Positions 55,784 to 64,000 of a DNA stretch of 64,000 bases are shown one piece after another; within the stretch, counting starts at the first letter, position 1; every line of letters begins with the position of its first letter. The notes beneath the pieces were generated by a model that saw only the letters and a list, made by a program, of their open reading frames with translations, did no database searches and had not been told where the DNA came from. The DNA comes from Candidatus Beckwithbacteria bacterium. Its GTDB lineage: Bacteria; Patescibacteriota; Microgenomatia; UBA1400; CG1-02-47-37. The position numbers and the translations under genes are program-made. The stretch covers positions 7,589 through 71,588 of the forward strand of contig JAPLVF010000011.1 of NCBI GenBank assembly GCA_026397255.1, read 5' to 3'.

Positions 55784-56526
55784 AGAAACTTTTAGTGGGT
55801 TTGGTTTTAATATTTGCGTTAGCGGCGCCGACCAGCGCTGCCAGTGATTATTACCTGCCTTATCCGGGAGCCTTGCCAGACCATCCGCTATATTGGTTAA
55901 AAATGGTACGGGATCGGATTCAGTTATTGTTAACCACCAATACTTTAGCAAAAGCGGAAAAACTGCTGTTATATGCAGATAAGCGCTTGGGTGCAGGTTG
56001 GGCATTAGTGGAAGGTAATAAGCAAGCCTTGGGTATGACAACTTTAACCAAGGCAGAAAAATATTTATATCAGGCGGTGGCACTCGGGGAAAACTCCGGC
56101 CTAAAAGAAACCTTAAAAAAGGCAGTACAAAAACATGAAGAGGTGTTGACGATTGTTAAGGATAAAGTTTCAGATGAGTTTAAAAACAGCCTGCAGGAAA
56201 TGATTACCAGAGATAAAAATTATGAGGCGGGATTGGGGATCGCGACAGAAGTGAAGACGAAGATAGATTTCGGGGATAACCAAGTAGTGACAGCAACTGT
56301 GTCGGCCAGTACAGCCTTGGAGGCTTTGGAAAATGCCAGTAGTGGGGTGAAAGTAAAAGACTATGATTGGGGAAAATTGGTGGAAGAAGTGACCACAAAG
56401 AAAAATACACCCCAAAAAGCCTGGATTTATTTTGTCAACGGTGAGGCAGGCAAAGTGGCAGCGGATAAACAGGAGGTGAAAGCCGGCGACATAGTGGAGT
56501 GGCGTTATGAAAAACCTATTTATTAG
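55777..56526 (+). CDS. Secreted DUF5667-like plus DUF4430 (cobalamin-binding-like) fusion protein
   Basis: LPDHPLYWLK..D..YADKRL; C-terminal TALEAL..AWIYFVNG..GDIVEWRY. Confidence 0.7.
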   Translation: MLKKLLVGLVLIFALAAPTSAASDYYLPYPGALPDHPLYWLKMVRDRIQLLLTTNTLAKAEKLLLYADKRLGAGWALVEGNKQALGMTTLTKAEKYLYQAVALGENSGLKETLKKAVQKHEEVLTIVKDKVSDEFKNSLQEMITRDKNYEAGLGIATEVKTKIDFGDNQVVTATVSASTALEALENASSGVKVKDYDWGKLVEEVTTKKNTPQKAWIYFVNGEAGKVAADKQEVKAGDIVEWRYEKPIY

Positions 56527-57019
56527 TTTAATTTTGATTTCCTTGGCGATAGGGGAAAGGTTGTGGTTTGATTTGGGACCAAATGTGGAATTGATAATGA
56601 CGACTTCGGTATTAGCCTCAATTTATTTAGGCAGACGTTGGGGGGTAGTGGTGGCTTTGTTAAGTTTAATGATTTCGGACTTAGTCATCGGCAACACGAT
56701 GATTATGATTTTTACCTGGAGCGCGTTTAGCCTAATTGCTTTTGGTGGGAGATGGTTAAAAAATAAAGCTTTCCTTTTTGGCGCCGGTTACGGTTTGGCC
56801 GGGGCGCTGTTTTTTTACTTTTATACCAATTTTGGGGTGTGGTTGATCGGTGGGTTATATCCACATACTTTATTTGGATTAATTGATTGCTATGTGATGG
56901 GCTTGCCGTTTTTGAAACTACAGGCAGTCAGCAGTATGGTATTTTTAGGCGGAACATTAGGAATAATAAATTTATTAAACTTAAGATTTTGGGTAAGCCG
57001 GTGCCCACGCTCTGCGTAA
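56507..57019 (+). CDS. ECF S-component-like putative cobalamin transporter (BtuM/DUF6580-like)
   Basis: PNVE, ISDLVIG, TNFGVW, YPHTLFGLIDCYVMGLPF. Confidence 0.75.
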   Translation: MKNLFISLILISLAIGERLWFDLGPNVELIMTTSVLASIYLGRRWGVVVALLSLMISDLVIGNTMIMIFTWSAFSLIAFGGRWLKNKAFLFGAGYGLAGALFFYFYTNFGVWLIGGLYPHTLFGLIDCYVMGLPFLKLQAVSSMVFLGGTLGIINLLNLRFWVSRCPRSA

Positions 57020-57120
57020 AGCTACGCGGGGCAAGGAATTCCGGCGCTGTGCCGCAACTGTAATTCGTTTTAAGCGATAAGCCAGAAAACCAAAGCTTGA
57101 GATAGGCTCCCGAGCAGGAG
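56980..57120 (+). ncRNA. Cobalamin riboswitch with an insertion in the P4 loop
   Basis: GGGTAA-GCCGGTG..AATTCCGGC-GCTGTGCCGCAACTGTAA..AAGCCAGAAAACC; closing stem CTTAAG..TTTGG/CCAAA..CTTGAG; CTCC/GGAG hairpin over the SD. Confidence 0.82.
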
Positions 57121-57126
57121 GGGTTA

Positions 57127-58884
57127 ATGGCAGAACACAGTTTTGATTGGCAAGTAGCAGGCATAGCGATTAGTAAGGCATTTGATCAGTCTTTTGGTCA
57201 GGGTGTAAATCAGATTGGTAACGAAATTAAGAATGTATTTGCCAAAACTCAAGAAATGGTCAAGCCGCAGGAGTCTTATTTTAAAACTCCATTGGAGATA
57301 AGAGATAATAAGATATATTGGCAAGATTACGAACAATCAATTAGCCACTCATTGTTACGTAATGCGGCATTATTGCGATTAAATGGGGCGTCAAAAGAAG
57401 AAATTGAGAAAGCAAAAGCGGAGTGGAAAATGTGGAATCGTTTGGAAGAGAAAATATTAGGCCTAGAGAAAGGGCAGGTGGTTCAGTTTTTGGCCTTAAG
57501 AGGAATTGATCCAGAGCTGGGAGTTGCCTTGCAACAAATTAAAAGAGAGGAAAATGAGTTGGTTTTGGAGTCGCAATTAATGCCATTTAGTCAAATTGAT
57601 CAAATAGAAAATTTTAGGGAATTATTGGGAGAGAAAGGGGAAGATGTTAGTTTTGTGTCGGAAAGTGCAGATGTTGATCCAATGGTTGGTTGGGCTGTTC
57701 AAGGCGTGGCAATAGATTTTCAGCAAGATTTACCTGAATTAATTAGCGAAGCGTATCAATCGGTCCAACCAGAATTCTTGTCGACACAGCCAAGGCCGTT
57801 TTGGTCGTTTTCGGAGATAATACCGATTGTGGTAAAGCCGGAAATCCAGTTTGACGAAACAGCCACAACTTTAATCGAGCAGTCAATCGAACAGGAAAAC
57901 GCGATTCCGGTTACCAGCGCAACCAGTTTCTGGTTTAAGTTAGCGGCCGCGTCAGGAGTACCAAACATTATCGAGACACCGATGCCTGAATTTGTGACGA
58001 CTAACACAATTTTAAAGTCCGACACTGAAATGCTTTCAGATAGATTGCCAATAGCAATGATTAGTTGGCAATCGGATTTAGAAAAGGCAAGTGCAGAGAG
58101 GGAGGTGAAACAAGAAGAGGATGTTGTTTATCGACAAGAGCAGATGAGAAGCCCAGCGATTAAGCGGCAAGAATTAAGCAGAAAAACACAGTCAATGGAA
58201 ATAATTAGGCCCGTGGAAATAGAAAAAACGGAAGCTGTTCCGAGGGTGCCGGTAGAACCACTACCGGCCGCCGCAGTTACTATTTTTGAATCACAACATA
58301 TAGTTTCGCCAATTTTGATAGAAATTTCAAAAGTAATTCCAGAGCTGATTCAGTCCAAGCAACAATCAAGAAGAGTGTCCTCGGAGATCACGGACTCATT
58401 CCAGACATTCCGTTCCGGAACGGAATGTCTTGGAATGATAAAAGAAGGAGTGGTAGAAAGAAAGGCGAAACAAGAACAGACAGAGAGAGTAGTAGTTGAG
58501 CGGGGAGGAATTAAGCCTACAGGGATAATCCCTGCCTCGCCGGCAGGCAGGCTTGAAGGGCGAACAGAAAAAAGGCCAAAAATAGTCAATTCAAGGACAG
58601 TCCCTGAAGTGACTTCCGTAGAAAAGGTAGTTTATCAGGTAAAACCAAAGAAACAAGAAGTTCCGGTTTATCAAATTCCGTGGCCGAATTGGATGCCACT
58701 CAAAGACATTCCGGAGTGGGTTTGGCGGCCGGTGGCGGCAGGCCCGGACGAAATAATTGACTGGTCGTGGTTTTTGGTAACAGTGTTTTATGCATTATTG
58801 AACACAAAAGCATTACTAAAAGTAAGAGTAAATGAAAATTTTTCTTTAAATCAGGGGAGTGGTTTGGAGTTCTTGAGGAGATAA
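57127..58884 (+). CDS. Hypothetical protein (585 aa) with a C-terminal hydrophobic segment
   Basis: Long ORF with GGAGGGG SD; no family recognised. Confidence 0.65.
   Translation: MAEHSFDWQVAGIAISKAFDQSFGQGVNQIGNEIKNVFAKTQEMVKPQESYFKTPLEIRDNKIYWQDYEQSISHSLLRNAALLRLNGASKEEIEKAKAEWKMWNRLEEKILGLEKGQVVQFLALRGIDPELGVALQQIKREENELVLESQLMPFSQIDQIENFRELLGEKGEDVSFVSESADVDPMVGWAVQGVAIDFQQDLPELISEAYQSVQPEFLSTQPRPFWSFSEIIPIVVKPEIQFDETATTLIEQSIEQENAIPVTSATSFWFKLAAASGVPNIIETPMPEFVTTNTILKSDTEMLSDRLPIAMISWQSDLEKASAEREVKQEEDVVYRQEQMRSPAIKRQELSRKTQSMEIIRPVEIEKTEAVPRVPVEPLPAAAVTIFESQHIVSPILIEISKVIPELIQSKQQSRRVSSEITDSFQTFRSGTECLGMIKEGVVERKAKQEQTERVVVERGGIKPTGIIPASPAGRLEGRTEKRPKIVNSRTVPEVTSVEKVVYQVKPKKQEVPVYQIPWPNWMPLKDIPEWVWRPVAAGPDEIIDWSWFLVTVFYALLNTKALLKVRVNENFSLNQGSGLEFLRR
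58396..58438. repeat. 43-bp quasi-palindrome with a perfect 28-bp core
   Basis: AGACATTCCGTTCCGGAACGGAATGTCT at 58403-58430. Confidence 0.85.
58531..58551. repeat. CCTGCCT-N7-AGGCAGG palindrome in a CDS
   Basis: Encodes PASPAGR. Confidence 0.65.
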
Positions 58885-58955
58885 TAGGCTGATATAGTCT
58901 GACGCAGATATTGGTAGTTGACGGTACTATGGCTGGGGGGATACTGTTTATTTTG

Positions 58956-58971
58956 ACACTGTCGGTAGTGT
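58956..58971. promoter_or_regulatory. Possible divergent NrdR box
   Basis: ACACT-GTCGGT-AGTGT, 16 bp with symmetric ends upstream of nrdR; centre deviates from consensus. Confidence 0.3.
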
Positions 58972-59005
58972 TCTTTTTTTCACAGCCGCCGGAGGCGAGC
59001 CAAAT

Positions 59006-59452
59006 ATGAAATGCCCATTTTGTAATCAGCCTCAGTCTTCCGTCCTGGAATCACGGGATAGCGAGGATAATCAAGTAACCCGCCGGAGACGCGAGTGCGA
59101 AACCTGTCATAAACGGTTTACTACCTACGAAAGAGTAGAGGGTCCGCAGTTGGTGGTGATTAAAAAAGACAGAAGCCGGGAGAATTTTGATCGGGAGAAA
59201 ATCAGACGGGGAATTAGCCGCGCCTGCGAAAAGCGATCAGTGAGCACAGATTTATTAGAAGAGATTATCGACAATGTGGAAAAAGAAATGTTAAAGAAAA
59301 AAGGCAATGAGATTTCCAGCCGACTGATTGGTAATGCCGTGTTAAAACAATTGAAAAAAATTGACAAAGTGGCCTATGTCAGATTTGCCAGTGTGTATCT
59401 GGATTTTGACGATATTGAAGATTTTACATCTTTAGTTAAGGAAATTAAATGA
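59006..59452 (+). CDS. nrdR: Transcriptional repressor NrdR
   Basis: MKCPFC, RRRREC..CHKRFTTYE, ATP cone, VAYVRFASVY. Confidence 0.97.
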   Translation: MKCPFCNQPQSSVLESRDSEDNQVTRRRRECETCHKRFTTYERVEGPQLVVIKKDRSRENFDREKIRRGISRACEKRSVSTDLLEEIIDNVEKEMLKKKGNEISSRLIGNAVLKQLKKIDKVAYVRFASVYLDFDDIEDFTSLVKEIK

Positions 59453-61317
59453 AAAAATTAAAATTATCAGATAACGCTTTAACGGTGTTAACCAAGCGAG
59501 ATTATTTGAAACGGGATAAAGACGGAAGGATTACAGAGACTCCGGAACAAATGTTTAGGCGGGTGGCTAAGGCGATTGCAGGAAAAGATAAAGAATGGGA
59601 GGAAAGATTTTTCCAAGCAATGGCTAATTTGGAGTTTTTACCGAACTCGCCGACATTGATGCACGCGGGGACGAAGTTTAACCAGCTGTCGGCTTGTTTT
59701 GTGCTGCCGCTTCAAGATAGTCTGGAAAGCATTTTTAAAACCATGGAACACACAGCGACGATTGCCCGCACCGGCGGCGGAGTGGGGATTCCTTTGTCAA
59801 ACTTGAGGCCAAGAGGGTCAAAGGTCAGGTCAACTGGCGGGATTACTTCCGGGCCGATTTCCTTTTTACAATTGTTTAACCAAGTAGCCAACGTAATTAA
59901 TGAAGGTTCCAGCCGGCGGGTGGCTCTCATGGCGGTCATGAATGTGCAACATCCGGATATCATGGACTTTGTTTTTGCCAAAGGAACGGAAGATGAGATT
60001 ACCAATTTTAATATTTCGGTCGGGGCAACCGATGCTTTCATGAAGGCGGCAGTTAACAACAAAGATTATGAGTTAAGGATGCCGAAAACCGAAGAGGTAG
60101 TGAAGAAAATTTCGGCCAGACGGATTTTAGACATGATTACTTTCCAAGCCTGGAAAACGGCCGATCCGGGCATGGTTTTCTTAGACAGAATGAATGCGAA
60201 AAGTCCGGTGAACCATTTGGGCGAGATTCAGACAACCAATCCTTGCGGTGAGCAGCCACTACTGCCTTATGAAAGCTGTAATTTGGGCTCGATTAATTTA
60301 TCTAAATGCCTAAAAGAATCGGCCAAAGGCCGACACGAAGTGAATTGGCAGAAATTAGAAAAATTAATCAGGTTAGGGGTGAGATTTTTAGATGACGTGA
60401 TTGATGTTTGTACTTATCCGATTGAAGAAATTGAGCTGATGAGCCGGCGGACGAGGAAAATCGGTTTGGGAGTGATGGGGTTTGCGGACGCCTTGACGCT
60501 TTTAAATATTGCTTATGCTTCCAATGAAGGATTGAAAACGGCCGAGAGATTGTCGAAGTTTATTCACGACACGGCAGTGAGCGAGTCCAAATTCTTAGCC
60601 AAAGAAAGAGGGTCCTTTCCGGCATTTAAGGGTAGTGCCTGGGAAAAACAAGGGTTTAGCGGGATGCGCAATTCGACGGTCAACACGGTGGCGCCGACCG
60701 GAACAATTTCGATTATTGCTGATTGTTCCAGCGGGATCGAGCCGTTGTTTGCTTTGTCATATGTGCGGAAAAATATTTTAGATGTGAATAATACCGAGTT
60801 GGTGGAAACGAATAAGTTGTTTGAGAAAGCAGCCAAGCAAAAGAAATTTTATTCGGCAAAATTAATGCGGCAAATCAGCGAGACCGGCGGAATTGATGGC
60901 TTAAAGGGTGTACCAGGGCAGTTTAAAGATTTATTTAAGGTCAGCCATGAGATTGATTGGTCCTGGCACGTGAAGATGCAGGCGGCCTGGCAGAAATATA
61001 TTGACGCGGCGGTTTCTAAAACAATTAACATGTCTTCGAGTGCGACGCCGGATGATGTGCGGGAAGCCTATATTTTGGCTTATGAGACTGGCTGTAAAGG
61101 GATTACAGTTTACCGTGATGGCAGTAAAAGCCGGCAGGTGTTGAATGTAGGAATAACTAAGAGTGCCACTCAGCAGATTATTGATGATAACCGGAAATGG
61201 GTGGGGAATGGACACCGAGAGGAAGAATTGTGCCCGGAATGCGGCGGTGAGTTAACGTTTAAAGAAGGTTGTGCGACTTGTTTAGCTTGCGGCTATTCAA
61301 GATGCACAGTGTCATGA
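59449..61317 (+). CDS. nrdJ: Adenosylcobalamin-dependent (class II) ribonucleotide reductase, paralog 1
   Basis: PNSPTL, SACFV, TNPCGEQPL, CNLGS, APTGT, KGITVYRDGS, C-terminal Zn ribbon. Confidence 0.92.
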   Translation: MKKLKLSDNALTVLTKRDYLKRDKDGRITETPEQMFRRVAKAIAGKDKEWEERFFQAMANLEFLPNSPTLMHAGTKFNQLSACFVLPLQDSLESIFKTMEHTATIARTGGGVGIPLSNLRPRGSKVRSTGGITSGPISFLQLFNQVANVINEGSSRRVALMAVMNVQHPDIMDFVFAKGTEDEITNFNISVGATDAFMKAAVNNKDYELRMPKTEEVVKKISARRILDMITFQAWKTADPGMVFLDRMNAKSPVNHLGEIQTTNPCGEQPLLPYESCNLGSINLSKCLKESAKGRHEVNWQKLEKLIRLGVRFLDDVIDVCTYPIEEIELMSRRTRKIGLGVMGFADALTLLNIAYASNEGLKTAERLSKFIHDTAVSESKFLAKERGSFPAFKGSAWEKQGFSGMRNSTVNTVAPTGTISIIADCSSGIEPLFALSYVRKNILDVNNTELVETNKLFEKAAKQKKFYSAKLMRQISETGGIDGLKGVPGQFKDLFKVSHEIDWSWHVKMQAAWQKYIDAAVSKTINMSSSATPDDVREAYILAYETGCKGITVYRDGSKSRQVLNVGITKSATQQIIDDNRKWVGNGHREEELCPECGGELTFKEGCATCLACGYSRCTVS

Positions 61318-63056
61318 AAATAATCGAACCGAAACAATCAGCGATGGCGTTAGAGATTACCAGAAAGCGTTATTTGATGACTGATCGGAAGGGTAGACCG
61401 ATTGAGACGACCGGAGAAATGTTGTGGCGGGTGGCCCAGCATATGGCCAAATTTGAGGAAGATAGAAAAATTGCAGAAGCATTTTATGAGCGAATGGTAG
61501 AGAAAAAATTTGTGTGTTCAGGCAAGGCGATGTTTGAGGCCGGCAACCCGGGCGGTACCGGCCAGCTGGCGGCCTGTTTTGTACTGCCGATTGAAGATTC
61601 AATTGACTCAATTTTTAAAACTTTGGGCGAGGCGGCGGTGATCCATAAAAATAACGGGGGAACAGGATTTAACTTTAGCAAAATACGGCCGCACGGCGAC
61701 AAGGTAAAAAATGTGCCGGGAGCGGCATCCGGGCCAGTGGATTTTATTAAAGCGTTTTCGGCGGCTTTATCCAAGATTTTACAGGGAGCAAAACGGCAGG
61801 GGGCCAATATTGCGATTTTGAATGCCGACCATCCGGATATTGAAGAGTTTATCAAAATGAAGATTGAAGACGGGACAATTAAAAATTTCAACGTCTCGGT
61901 GGGGGCGACGGACGGGTTTATGAAAGCGGTTCTCAATAAAAAGCCGTGGCGGTTAATTAACCCGCGGACGAAAGAAGCAGTAAAAACAATCAGGGCAGAT
62001 AAATTATTTGAGTTAATCTGTCAACTGACATGGCAGACGGCCGATCCGGGAATGGCATTTTTAGACAGGATGGAGAGGGATAATCCGACGCCGACTTTAG
62101 GGAAAATTGAAGCAACCAACCCTTGTGGGGAAATTCCGTTACTAGCCTATGAAAGCTGTAATTTGGGCTCGATTAATTTATCAGAACACCTCAAAAATGG
62201 GGTGGTAGACTGGACAGAACTAAAAAAAACCGTGCATTTAGGAGTGAGGTTTTTGGATAACATGATTGAAGTAAATTACTATCCTTTGGAGGCGGTGGAA
62301 CGAATGGTTAAGGATGGAAACAGAAGAATCGGTTTAGGGGTAATGGGGTTTAGCCATTTGCTGTATAAATTAGGTATTGCTTATAACAGTGAGGCGGCGG
62401 TAAAGTTGGCCGAGAAAGTGGCTAAATTTATCCGACAGGAAGCGGATAAAGCCACGGAACAATTAGGGAAAGAAAGGGGTAATTTTGGCAATTACGATGT
62501 ATCAATTTATGCCGGAAGTGGAAAAAATAGAAGAAATTGCGCCACGACCATGATTGCCCCGACGGGAACAATTTCGATGTTTGCCGATTGTTCCAGCGGA
62601 GTTGAGCCGGTGTTTGCTTTAACCACCACCAGGAAGACTTTTTTTGAAGACAGTCGGAAAAACAGTTCGACTAAAGAAATGACAATGGTCGATCCGGCGT
62701 ACCAGGAGTATAAAAATAAATATGACAAAAATGTGTTTGTGACAGCGCACGAAATCGGTTGGCAATGGCATGTTAAAGTGCAGGCGGCCTGGCAAAAGTA
62801 TTTTGATAATTCTGTTTCCAAGACAATTAATTTCCCCAAAACCGCGACCGTGGACGAAGTAAAAAAAGCATATTTAACGGCTTGGAAGTTGGGCTGTAAA
62901 GGGATTACGGTTTACCGCGACGGCAGTAAGGACGATCAGGTGTTGAATAAGAGCGTTCCGCCAGCTGGCGGATGTCCGGAATGCGGGGAAGAGTTAGAAA
63001 TTAAAGAAGGCTGTCAGACATGTAGAAACTGCGGTTTTAGTAAGTGTAGTTTATGA
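61314..63056 (+). CDS. nrdJ: Class II ribonucleotide reductase, paralog 2
   Basis: AACFV, TNPCGEIPL, CNLGS, APTGT, KGITVYRDGS; ATGA-coupled start at 61314. Confidence 0.92.
   Translation: MKIIEPKQSAMALEITRKRYLMTDRKGRPIETTGEMLWRVAQHMAKFEEDRKIAEAFYERMVEKKFVCSGKAMFEAGNPGGTGQLAACFVLPIEDSIDSIFKTLGEAAVIHKNNGGTGFNFSKIRPHGDKVKNVPGAASGPVDFIKAFSAALSKILQGAKRQGANIAILNADHPDIEEFIKMKIEDGTIKNFNVSVGATDGFMKAVLNKKPWRLINPRTKEAVKTIRADKLFELICQLTWQTADPGMAFLDRMERDNPTPTLGKIEATNPCGEIPLLAYESCNLGSINLSEHLKNGVVDWTELKKTVHLGVRFLDNMIEVNYYPLEAVERMVKDGNRRIGLGVMGFSHLLYKLGIAYNSEAAVKLAEKVAKFIRQEADKATEQLGKERGNFGNYDVSIYAGSGKNRRNCATTMIAPTGTISMFADCSSGVEPVFALTTTRKTFFEDSRKNSSTKEMTMVDPAYQEYKNKYDKNVFVTAHEIGWQWHVKVQAAWQKYFDNSVSKTINFPKTATVDEVKKAYLTAWKLGCKGITVYRDGSKDDQVLNKSVPPAGGCPECGEELEIKEGCQTCRNCGFSKCSL
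62957..62972. repeat. Perfect 16-bp palindrome TCCGCCAGCTGGCGGA in a CDS linker
   Basis: Encodes PPAGG just before the C-terminal CPEC. Confidence 0.65.
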
Positions 63057-64000
63057 CAGATTTAACTAAAATTAAAAAACGAGATGGGCGGATAGTGGCA
63101 TTTGAAGAGGCTAAGATTATTTTGGCTATTATGAAGGCTTTGAGTGCGATTGGAGAAGTACAAGGGGAGATAAAACGAAGAAATGAGGCGGAGAGACTAA
63201 CTAAAATTGTGATTACGATTGTGAAAAAAGGGATAAACGGGGAGATTCCGACAGTGGAACAGGTACAGGACGTGGTAGAGCAAGTGTTAATGGCGGCCGG
63301 CCATTACGAAGTGGCCAAGGCCTATATTCTTTACAGGGAAAAACACCAAAAAGTCAGAAAAGTTAAAGAAATTTTGGGAGTGAAAGACGATGTGGGCTTA
63401 AGCACGAATCAACTAAAGGTTTTGGAAAACCGATTTTTACGGCATGATGAGTCCGGGAAGGTAACGGAGACTCCAGGGCAGCTGTTCAGGCGAGTGGCGA
63501 AGTTTGTTGCCTCCGCCGACGCTAAAGCTGTGGCGGACAAGTGGGAAGAGAAATTTTATGAGGTAATTTCAAAGATGGAGTTTGTGCCGGCAGGATGTTA
63601 TTTTAGGGGCGCGGGAACAAAGTCGGCGATGCTGGCGAATTGTTTTGTGCTGCCGATTGAAGACAACATGGAGGCGATTTTTGACAGTGTTAAATATTTA
63701 GCCTTGGTCCAGCAAGCGGGTGGGGGAACGGGTTTTAATTTTTCCAAATTGCGGCCCAAAGGCGATTATGTTAAAAGTTCCGGTGGCTTTGCTACCGGGC
63801 CAGTGTCTTTCATGAAAGTATTTGATGCGGCGACCGGGCAGGTAATGCAGGGCGGTTACCGGATGGGGGCGAATATGGGAATTTTGAATGTTGACCACCC
63901 GGACATTATGGAATTTATTACCTGTAAAACAGAAGAAGGAGAGATTAGTAATTTTAATATTTCGGTTGGGGCGACGGACGGGTTTATGAAAGCGGTCAAG
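63053..64000 (+). CDS. nrdJ: Class II ribonucleotide reductase, paralog 3, with N-terminal ATP cone; 3'-partial
   Basis: Manual translation MTDLTKIKKRDGRIVAFE..VEQVQDVVEQVLM..AKAYILYRE..LANCFVLP..GGGTGFNFS..HPDIMEF..NFNISV; absent from the ORF track because it runs off the edge. Confidence 0.88.
   Translation, partial: MTDLTKIKKRDGRIVAFEEAKIILAIMKALSAIGEVQGEIKRRNEAERLTKIVITIVKKGINGEIPTVEQVQDVVEQVLMAAGHYEVAKAYILYREKHQKVRKVKEILGVKDDVGLSTNQLKVLENRFLRHDESGKVTETPGQLFRRVAKFVASADAKAVADKWEEKFYEVISKMEFVPAGCYFRGAGTKSAMLANCFVLPIEDNMEAIFDSVKYLALVQQAGGGTGFNFSKLRPKGDYVKSSGGFATGPVSFMKVFDAATGQVMQGGYRMGANMGILNVDHPDIMEFITCKTEEGEISNFNISVGATDGFMKAVK
63510..63541. repeat. REP-like element in frame in nrdJ paralog 3 (SADAKAVADK)
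   Basis: TCCGCC-GAC-GCTAAAGC-TGT-GGCGGA-CAAG. Confidence 0.7.

Noticed and set aside
1280-63898. Many short antisense or alternate-frame ORFs in the track (e.g. 18021-18479, 48987-49526, 61484-61936)
   Set aside because: Shadow ORFs of well-supported genes with no motifs of their own
1-64000. CRISPR array, cas genes, rRNA, IS transposase, prophage structural genes, alternative genetic code
   Set aside because: None seen; TGA acts as stop in coupled genes

Overview
A gene-dense bacterial chromosome segment using genetic code 11. Gene content and style suggest a Patescibacteria/CPR (Microgenomates-like) genome; this is inference. The backbone carries dnaG-rpoD, tRNA-Asn, glycolysis and pentose genes (class I aldolase, LacD-like aldolase, pgk, gap, rpiB, rpe, PfkB kinase) and the AMMECR1/Memo/radical-SAM trio. 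It also carries a Rrf2-sufCBSU operon, NAD salvage (pncA, pncB, nadE), two class A PBPs and a minimal [FeFe]-hydrogenase-like gene. At the right end are a B12 uptake module, a cobalamin riboswitch, nrdR and three tandem class II RNR paralogs. The main accessory feature is an AT-rich element of about 11 kb (3708-14694) integrated at the 3' end of tRNA-Asn. Its large serine recombinase gene is cut by its own att site: it has a 7-aa tRNA-derived tail when integrated and a 56-aa tail in the reconstructed excised circle. The cargo is an SF1 helicase-nuclease/DUF2130 operon plus a free-standing RecA-intein-derived LAGLIDADG endonuclease that has lost its splicing residues. That endonuclease sits directly against an unannotated recA fragment spanning the intein insertion site. 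Short palindromic REP-like insertions occur inside CDSs, inside the riboswitch and between an SD and its start codon. All family assignments come from motif recognition by eye; no database searches were run.
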